Positions 54,424 through 64,000 of a DNA stretch of 64,000 nucleotides are shown here, one piece after another (the stretch's first letter is position 1; the number at the start of each line of letters is the position of its first letter). The DNA lies in assembly GCA_964016885.1 (NCBI GenBank), contig OZ024750.1, positions 54,870,001-54,934,000 of the forward strand, in the 5' to 3' direction. Source of the DNA: Eledone cirrhosa. Taxonomy: Eukaryota. Below the pieces are notes generated by a model that made no database searches, had not been told where the DNA came from, and saw nothing but the letters and a program-made list of their open reading frames with translations. A program made the translations under genes and the position numbers.

Positions 54424-56810
54424 CATCATCATCATCATCATCATCACTGTTTTACGTCCGTTCTTCCACGCTAGCATGGGTTAGACGGGTTGTCCTGTTG
54501 TGGGCAGTGTCTGGTCGGCTGACCATGCCTTGCTCATACAGGAACTGATTTGGCTTGATTTCTACAGCTGGATGCCCTTCCTAACACCAACCTCATTTAC
54601 AGTGAGTGCTGGGTGCTTTTTTGTGGCGCCTACACGTCCACCTTGCGGTGGGGGGAGTGGGGGCATATGCTTCAGCTTGTACCCATGGGAGGTCAGGTAC
54701 TCTGTATTACTGCGTGACGCCAGAAGTCACGGTCGTGTGTCATTGCCTTTGAGAGGTGTAATTGGGTAAGGTCGGCTTTTATCACCTCATCCCAGGTCAT
54801 CTTGGGTCTCCCCACTCCGCGGTTTCCATCAACTTCTAGTGCTCTGCACCTTTTTATGCAGCTGTCATCCTTCAGACGCATCACATGTCCATACCAGTGC
54901 AACCGCCTCTCCTGCACACAGCATTTGATTCCTCTTATGCTCAGTCTCTCTCTCAATTCATTTATGCTTTGTCGTTCATGTATATTACTGTTACACATCC
55001 ATCGGAACATGCAGGCTTCGTTTCTCTCTAATCTACGTAAGTCTTCCACCTTCAGTGCCCAGGTCTCACTACCATGCAACATTGCTGTTCGGATACACGC
55101 ATCATACAGTCTGCCTTTCATTCTGAGGGAGAAGCCTTTTGCAGCTAGCAGTGGTAGTAGTTTCCTAAACTTCTTCCATCCCGTTCTTACCCTAGTTATT
55201 GTACTTTCTGAACACCCACCTCCGCTGCTAATTCGGTCACCTAGGTAGCAGAAGCTGTCTACTGTTTCTACAGAGCCCTCCCAGAGATTGGTGGTACTTG
55301 TTTCCTGTGGCTGTTTGCTGCTTGCTGTCTCATCACAGCTGCTGCATGTGAAGCCTACATTCTTAATTAAGCTTCCTGAGATCCCGCTACATCTCTTGTG
55401 TACCCACTGTTTGCATTTGGGGCAGAGAATGGAGTTCCTACCTACACCTTTCCTACATACTGAGCAAGACCATTTTCCTGAGGGGATCTGGGTTCTGTTT
55501 TCTCGTCTACTTACAAGGACCTTAGTCTTTGTCATGTTGACTTTGAGACCCTTTCTTTCTAGTCCCTGCTTCCAAGTTTGGAATTTATTCTCTAGTTCTA
55601 CCATAGATTCAGCTATGAGTGCGAGGTCATCAGCATACAGGAGTTCCCATGGGCATCCGGTCTTAAACTCCTCCGTTATTGCCTGCAGGACTATGATGAA
55701 CAGGAGGGGGCTAAGAACAGAGCCCTGGTGGACCCCCAACCTGTATGCTAAATTCCTCACTATACTCATTGCTAATCCTAACTTTGCTGACTGATCCCCT
55801 ATACATGGCTTGTACCGCTTTCACAAGCCATTCATCTACTCCTAGTTTTCTAAGAGCCCACCAGATTACAGCACGTGGAACTCTGTCAAAGGCTTTCTCA
55901 AGGTCGACAAATGCCAAGTAGAGTGGCTTACTTTTAGCTAGGTACTTTTCCTGTAATTGCCTCACAAGGAAGAGGGCATCAGTGGTGCCCCTTCCTGGTA
56001 CAAACCCAAATTGCATCTCGTCTATTTCCACCCAGTCCCTAATCAACTGTGCTATAACTCTTTCTGTTACTTTCATGACCTGGTCCATCAACTTTATACC
56101 TCTATAGTTTCCTCTATCTAGTGCATCGCCTTTACCTTTGTAGCAGTTGACAATGATGCTACTGCACCAATCTTTTGGTATGACACCTTCTAGTATTACC
56201 TGGTTAACAATACGTGTGGTTATAGTGTGACCTACAGACCCAGATGCCTTCAGCATCTCGGCAGCTATACCCGATGGACCGGTTGCCTTCCCTATCTTCA
56301 TATCTTTGATTGCCTTACTTACTACGTTGCTGCTGACTTGTACTGCTGGCCCCTCTATAGGGTTTACTTGGGGTAGGGTCTCTTCTTCCCATGCATTCTC
56401 CTCATTTAGTAATCTATCATAATGACTCTTCCATGCATCTTTCTTCTCAGCACTTGTGAGGGCAAGCTCACCTTTATCATTCCGGATACACTTCTCTCCA
56501 ATGACATCACAACTATCTCTGACACACTGCCTCGCAATCTTGAATACCTCCTGTTTCTGGTCCTGACGTTGCAAAACATGCTTGAATTTTCTATCCTCTG
56601 CTTCCCTCCTAGCTAAGTATACATGTCGCCTAGCTTCCCTCTTGGTCTCTATGTAATGTACCCTGCTCCCCCCATTCTTCCATTCTTTCCATGCCTGTCT
56701 CTTGGCCTTAACTGCTTCATCTACCTTATTGTTCCATCACCAAGTCACTCTCCTCCTGCTTGAGGTCTTACTCCAGCCACAGACCTCATCCGTCGCCTCT
56801 AGTAAATTAA
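54424..56810 (-). mobile_element. 5'-truncated, near-intact RTE LINE (subfamily B), intronic and antisense
   Basis: RT ORFs 55711-56574 and 54693-55769 split by one extra base in a G/C run near 55735; (CAT)n tail. Confidence 0.95.
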
Positions 56811-57603
56811 TGTATAATTCATGTATAATAAACATACATGTTTCCCTATGCATTTTTTTAAGCTGATGATCATAGCTTGAAACACCCATAGTATGCTTTA
56901 TTATACATAAACATATTGTCTGCTTTCATATACGCAATTATTAACTCATAATAAATATACTGTACTGCATGAAACTGTATTAGCAAGACATTCTTGGAAA
57001 GTATACAACCCTATGGCTGCATCTGATTAAAAATTCAAGTCTTGACTCTAATACTGTACATTTTCACAATGATCTGCCCACTTGTAAAGATACTATAAGC
57101 ATTTGAATTAACAAACTTGTTTTAGATATTTTCTCCTAAATTGTTACATGTTGTTAAAATGAAACTATATAAGCAAAAATTATTGAAAAGTACAAAATAG
57201 AACAATTGCTGCATCACATTCTAAATTCAAGTCATTACTCAAGAACTGTAAATTTTCACATTGATTTGCCCCCTAGGAAAGCTACTATAAACATTTGTAT
57301 TAACAAACCATTTTAGATATTTTCTGCTAATTTGTTATAGGATGTTAAAAGTTAATGTCCTCCTGTACAGTCATCATCATCTTTTTTTCCATGCTTGCAC
57401 AAGCCAGAAACAGTTCTGTGTGAGCAAGACATGGTCATCTGATAGGACTGCTTGTCTAATCTATGCTAGCTTGGAAATGATGATGATGACCTATTAGTAA
57501 AAAATACTATAAACATTTGAATTAATATTAATAAAACTGTTTTTAGATATTTTCTGCTAATAATTTTATGAATAACCTTTTCTTTTCTTTTTGTTTATTT
57601 TAG

Positions 57604-57962
57604 GTAAAAACGATGGCTCAGTGAATGGTTCTCGTTATTTCAAGTGTCGTTCAAAACATGGAATTTTTGTGCGACATGATAAACTAATCTGGGACAAACG
57701 GCGTCGTGGCACAAAAAAAACTAATCTGTCAGGCTTGAGCAGCTACCATGCTGGCAACCGACGAAGTCTTGGAAGCCTAACAGCTGTTACTGGTTCCATT
57801 CCACTGTCACGTTCCAGCTCAAATCTTTCTGCTGCTGCTGCTGTCGCCTCAGTTGGTACAACTGGCAATGGGACCACATCTTCATCTTTGTCATCTACAA
57901 CTGGCACATCGCCATCTTCCTTCATGCGGCCAACTTCTGCAAGTTCTGCCAAGCGAAAATAA
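57604..57962 (+). CDS. KIF13B: KIF13B/Khc-73-like kinesin, last coding exon completing the CAP-Gly domain
   Basis: G|GT AAA AAC GAT GGC gives GKNDGSVNGSRYFKCRSKHGIFVR; stop TAA at 57960-57962. Confidence 0.9.
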
Positions 57963-58484
57963 CCATCTTCTTCCCTGTTCTCTTCAGCTCCTCCCCATTT
58001 CACCTTTTGTCTAACTAACCCAGCTCTTTCTATTATATATATATATATATATATATATACCATGTCTCTGTCACCATCAAGTGTGCCATATGCTATTTAA
58101 AACAACTACCACCACCACCACCACCACTACTACTACCACCACCACACCAGCAGCAATGAAAACAAAGATGACTGACTGATGACAACAACAACGACGACAA
58201 CAAACAACATCTGCAACTATATAACAGTAATGGTTATTTCAAAATGTCTTTTACCTTATACACCTGATAAAGTGAGGTAAACAACTTTGATTGTCGAGAT
58301 TTTTAGAATGATTTCTCAAATGGGGAGGCTGCATTCATTAATCACAGGAAGAAAGGAAAAATATTTCAATATTTCCTGTCATAAATTCACTTCTTTGCTC
58401 TGCAAAGGTGAGAGAAACGGACCAATGACTCTTATTTAGCAGACACGCTTCTTTCTCTCTCTCTCTCTTTCTCCCCCCCCCCCC

Positions 58485-58521
<37 letters not shown>

Positions 58522-59809
58522 GATTATACTCTTTCTATTATTATTATTTTTTTTTTACTAATATTTATTTTTTAAATTAGATTCATCAGGTGGCTCTGTT
58601 ATTGCTGTTAATGTTAATATTGCTGTTTTCTTCCCACTGGGCTCTTTCTCCCCTTTCACATATTAATCATCATAGAAGGCTAATCATACAATCTGATTCT
58701 ATTCCCTTTCGAAAGAGAATCTTTTTCTTTGTTTGTTTCTGTTGTTGCTGTTTATTATTACTACCATCAATATTTAAAGAGATTATTATTATTGTAGATT
58801 GACAGTATTGGTAGAGCGTCAGACATGTTTTCCAGCATATAGTTATGACCCTTTATGTTCTGGATTCTAATCCCACCAAGGTTAACTTTGCCTTTCATCC
58901 TTATAGGGGTTGATAAAATAACACACTGGGATCGATTTAATCACCTTTCCCTCTCTCAAAAATTGTTGGCCTTGTGCCTAAATCAGAAATTATTATCATT
59001 ATTATCATTATTGTGGAATGGCTGAGTCGGTAGAGCATCAGTCACCATGCTTTGCAGAATGTAGTTATGGCTCTTTACATTCTGAGTTCAAATCCCGCTG
59101 AGGTTAGCTATGCCTTTCATCCTTATGAGGGTCGATAAAATAAAGTACCAGTAATGCACTGGGGTTGAATTAATCGACTTGCCCCTTCCCCCCGAAAATT
59201 GTTGGCATTGTGCCTAAATCAGAAACTATTATTATTATTACTACTGAGTTCTTGCTTTTTTATATGCAGGAGCAAAGAGCCTCCCTGAACCTTATATCCC
59301 CTTATTACAATCCTAATTTATCTTTTGAATTATTTACATGGGGGTATTGAAATTATGGAGGCAGGGAGGGACATCTTATTTTGAGAACATTGGCATAAAT
59401 GTATTGTCTCATTTAAATATTATTATTATTAATGATATATATAAAAAAAACAAATATGGTAAAAGAACTATCAATGTTGCTGAAAAAATTTCTTTAGTTA
59501 ACTAAAGTGGAAAATAAACCACGTTAGAATCTTATTTATTATTATTATTTTTTATTATATATATATATTTGGTTGGTTGGTTTCATTTTCTTGAGATGTA
59601 TCATAATTTTATTAACTTTAGAATTATATATGTAGGCTTGTCCCCCACCACTCCATCCTTACCTACACTCCTGCTCATAGTGTTATCACAGTTTATGCAT
59701 AGTTGTTGTTACTTTTTAAGCTTGCTCATGGAGCAAACCCCTTTCACTCAGTTGTACTGCTGCTGACAGCTATGTTTGAACGGCAGTGACAACTGCAGAA
59801 GACATATCA

Positions 59810-60200
59810 TTTATATATATATATATATACATATATATACACACACATGTATATATATATATGTATGTATATATAGGTGTGTATATATATATACACATAT
59901 ATGTATGCATGTATATATGCACATATATGTATATATATATATATACACATATATGTATGCATGTATATATGCACATATATGTATATATATATATATGTAC
60001 ATATATGTATGCATGTATATATGCACATATATGTATATATATATATATGTATGTATGTATTTATATGTGTATGTATATATGTATATATATATATATATAT
60101 GTGTGTGTATATATGTATGTATATATATGTATGTATGTATATACATGTGTATGAATATATATGTATATATATATATATGTAATATATATGTATATATATG

Positions 60201-60269
<69 letters not shown>

Positions 60270-60347
60270 TATATGTGTATGTATATATGTGTATGTATAT
60301 GTATGTATATATGTGTATGTATATATATATATGTATATATATATATG

Positions 60348-60378
<31 letters not shown>

Positions 60379-60640
60379 GTATATATATATGTGTGTATAT
60401 ATATGTATATATGTGTATATATATATGTATATATATATGTGTATATATGTGTATATATGTGTATATATATATGTATATATATATATGTATATATGTGTAT
60501 ATATATATGTGTATATATATATGTGTATATATATATGTATATGTGTATATATATATATATATATGTGTATATATGTGTATGTATATATATATGTGTGTGT
60601 ATATATGTATATATATGTATATGTGTATACATATATATAT
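59810..60640. repeat. Long compound (TA)n/(TATG)n microsatellite
   Basis: Directly visible. Confidence 0.97.
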
Positions 60641-63600
60641 CATCATCATCATCATCATCAGGTTTAGCGTCCGTGTTCCACGCTTGCATGGGTTTGGACG
60701 GGGGTTTTCCCACTTGAGGCAAGAGTGGTTGTCTTGCTCGCATAGGACTGTCTGGCGGGTTTTCTACATTTGGATGCCCTTCCTAACACCAACCACATTT
60801 ACAGTGTGGGGCTGGGAGGTTTTTACCGTGTTGCCTACACGGCCACATTACAGCGTGGACTGTCTGGCGGGTTTTCTACAGCTGGATGCCCTTCCTAACA
60901 CCAACCACATTTACAGTGTGGGGCTGGGAGGTTTTTACCGTGTTGCCTACACGGCCACATTTACAGCGTGGACTGTGTGTTTTTTGTCGTGACACCTACA
61001 CGATCTCATTTGTTTCGGCCTGGATGTTGTGGGACCAACATAACTTTACATTGAAAGGGGCGGTGTGGGTGGGGTGGAGGTGGTGGGACGGGGGTGTGTT
61101 TTGATAGAGATGCCTACTGACTGTAGTAGGTTTTTACTTTGTATTTAGGTAAGGCGGGTCTTCTCTATTACTGAGTACCGCCAAAGGTCTCGGTCCAGTG
61201 ACATTGTCTTGGAGAGGTGTAAGCGTGTGAGGTCGAAATTTATCAGCTCGTCCCATGTTTTTCTGGGTCTGCCTACTCCGTGGCTACCGTCTATCTTTAT
61301 TGCCCTGCACTTTGTTATACAGCTGTCGTCTTTCATGCGCATCACGTGACCGTACCAACGTAGCCTTCTCTCGAGTAAACAACATCTGATCCCTCTTATT
61401 TCTAATTTTTTCCTTAGTTCGTTTATGCTTTGCCGTTCACGTATATTACTATTGCACATCCAGTGGAGCATGCAAGCTTCGTTCCTCTCTAGTCTGCGTA
61501 TATCCTCTGCACACAATGCCCAGGTCTCACTGCCATGCAGCATTGCTGTTCGTATGCAGGCATCGTATAACCTGCCTTTCATTTTTAGGGAGAACCCTCT
61601 AGCGGCTAATAGTGGTATAAGCTCTCTGAACTTTTTCCATCCAGTTCTGACTCTAGCTACTGTACTTTCAGAGCACCCTCCCCCACTGCTGATTTTGTCA
61701 CCCAGATAACGGAAGCTGTCCACTATTTCTATAGAACCCTCTGCGCAGTTGAAGGAGCTAGTATTTTGTGGGCACTTGCTGCTACTTATTGCACCAGAGC
61801 ACCGGCCACATGTAAAATCTATGTTCTTAGTTAGCTTACCTGTGATCCCACTACATCTTTTATGCACCCATACTTTGCATTTGGGACATAAAATGGAGTT
61901 TCTACCTACGCCTTTCCTACACACTGAGCATGGCCATTTCCCCGATGGGACCGCCGCCTTATTTTCTTTCCTACAAACTAGAACTTTAGTCTTAGCCAGG
62001 TTAATTTTAAGGCCTTTTGATTCTAGGCCGTGCTTCCATGTTTGGAATTTCTTCTCTAGTTCGGTCATTGATTCAGCTATGAGCGTTAGATCATCTGCGT
62101 ATAGGAGTTCCCATGGGCAGCCGGTCTTGAACTCCTCTGTTATAGCCTGAAGGGCAATAATAAATAGTAGGGGGCTAAGAACAGAGCCCTGATGGACACC
62201 AACTTTTACGCTAAACTCTTCACTATATTCGTTGTTAATTCTAACCTTACTGACTGTTTCTTTATACATGGCTTGTATAGCTCTCACAAGCCATTCGTCA
62301 ACACCTAGTTTTCTAAGAGACCACCAGATAATGGAACGGGGGACTCTGTCGAAGGCTTTCTCCAAGTCGACGAAAGCTAAGTATAGGGGTTTACTTTTAG
62401 CTAGGTACTTCTCCTGTAGTTGTCGTACAATGAAAAGAGCGTCTGTGGTACTTTTGCCTGACACAAACCCGAACTGCATTTCATCTAGATCAATTCTCTC
62501 TCTGATTAGTTGCGCTATTACTTTTTCCGTGACCTTCATGACCTGGTCGATTAATTTAATGCCTCTATAGTTACTCCTATCTAGGGCATCTCCTTTTCCC
62601 TTATAGCAGTTAACGATGATGCTGCTACGCCATTCCTTCGGAACAACCCCATTCTGTACGACTTGGTTAACTATCCGGGTGACCATGGTGTGTCCCACCG
62701 AACCAGATGCCTTCAGCATCTCAGCAACTATTTCCGAAGGCCCAGCCGCCTTACCCGTCTTCATATCTTTGATTGCCTTACTTATTATACTACCTTCAAC
62801 TAACACTGCTGGTCCCTCTATTGGATCGATCTGGGGGAGACTGTCTTTCTCCCATTTGTTCTCCTCATTTAGAAGCCTTTCGTAGTGACACTTCCAAGCT
62901 ACCTTCTTATCAGCGTCGGTGATGGCAAGTACGCCATCATCGTTAAGTACACACTTCTCCCCGACAATATCACGGTTTTCCTTGACACATTGCCTGGCAA
63001 TCCTGAACACCTCACGTTTTTGGTCCTCACGTTGTAGAACATGCTTGAACTTTCTTTCCTCTGCTTCCCTTCTTGCGAAGTACACTTGTCTCCTAGCTTC
63101 CCTCCTGGCCACTTGATAGTCTTCTCTACTTCCCCCATCCCGCCATACTTTCCAAGCCTGCTTTTTGGCCTTAATTGACTCCTCCACCTTACTGTTCTAC
63201 CACCATGTTACTCTCCTCCTACCTACAGGCCTGCTCCAGCCACAGACTTCGTCTGCCGCCGTCAGCAGGTTTGCTCTCAGGAATTCCCACTGTTCCTCTA
63301 TATTATACGACTCTAATTGCTCTTCCTTACTGTCGAAAGCGTCAAGTAATATGCTTTGAAATTTATTTCTGGCTATGGGGTCCTTTAGCTTCCATATTTT
63401 TCTCCTGAGGATAGTCCTCTTCCGCTGTCTAGTACGTCTCGTCCTGACTATGAGGTCGCTAATTATCAGTCTATGTTGGGAGGTGAATTCTTCATGGGGG
63501 TGGGATTTAGTGTTAACAACAGACACTCTGTCACGTCTTCTGGTAAGGATATAATCTACCTGGCTTGTGTGTTCCCCCGATCTATAGGTGATCAAGTGAT

Positions 63601-63748
63601 TGTCTCGTTTTTTGAAGTTAGTGTTACAGATAGTTAAGTTATTTGCGTCGCAGAATTCCAGGATTCTGGAGCCTTCCTCATTTCTAGTACCGAACCCATA
63701 GCCTCCATGGATTCCGTCATAGCCGTCACAATGTTGTCCAACGTGACC
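60640..63748 (-). mobile_element. Young RTE LINE (subfamily A): partial APE + RT + PHD-like finger, single in-frame TAG at 63197-63199
   Basis: Frame open from GHVGQH (~63747) through SQVDYIL/SQHRL to the 680-aa RT ORF; (CAT)n tail. Confidence 0.96.
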
Positions 63749-63854
63749 ATATATATATATATATATGTGTGTATATATATGTATATGTGTATATATGTGT
63801 ATATATATGTATATGTGTATATATGTATGTATGTGTATATATAGGTATATGTGT

Positions 63855-64000
63855 GAGAGGGGATCAAAAAGTTCGCGGAATTTTCAGAAAATAATCTATT
63901 TTTCAAAAAATATGATTTACCTTCAATTTATTTTTCTACATAGTTGCCATCCAGGTCAATATACTTCACAAGGCAATGCTTCCAGCTTCATAAGCCGTCT
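63855..64000. mobile_element. Tc1/mariner-like terminus running off the window
   Basis: gagggggatcaaaaagttcgcggaat resembles mariner TIR starts. Confidence 0.45.

Noticed and set aside
56855-56896. CTGATGA...GAAAC on plus strand
   Set aside because: No stem II between the boxes and no convincing stem I
57604-57962. Alternative identity as CLIP1, DCTN1 or TBCB
   Set aside because: A single C-terminal CAP-Gly after a long Ser-rich tail with SSGYGSQAVS fits KIF13B/Khc-73 better
59776-60992. Long YI/VC-rich ORFs (also 5.6, 15.2, 17.6, 33.8 kb)
   Set aside because: Stop-free (TA)n/(TG)n microsatellites
54802-63116. Plus-strand ORFs opposite LINE RT regions
   Set aside because: Antisense shadows of the LINE ORF with no independent motifs

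Overview
Eukaryotic, AT-rich and repeat-dense DNA, most likely from an octopod cephalopod (inferred from the single-exon tandem C2H2 zinc-finger gene, RTE LINEs with (GAT)n tails, SINE types and pervasive (TA)n microsatellites). Host genes: a 20-finger C2H2 ZNF with one in-frame TAA (25446-27131) and the last four coding exons of a KIF13B/Khc-73-like kinesin ending in a CAP-Gly domain (50085-57962). The rest is at least 12 RTE LINE copies, two SINE families, Penelope-like RT fragments, a Helitron with a paralogous empty site, satellites, local duplications and a telomere-like tract. Two observations stand out. (1) There are at least 8 intact-looking and 2 decayed type-I hammerhead ribozyme motifs from several sequence families, three of them as inverted pairs, with C3-G8, U3-G8 and compensatory U3-A8 cores. 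(2) Every LINE copy spanning the TWWWN motif between endonuclease and RT is disrupted there; in two near-intact copies the only stop is a TAG or TGA that one A-to-I edit would turn back into Trp. All structures were read by eye; no searches or folding were run.
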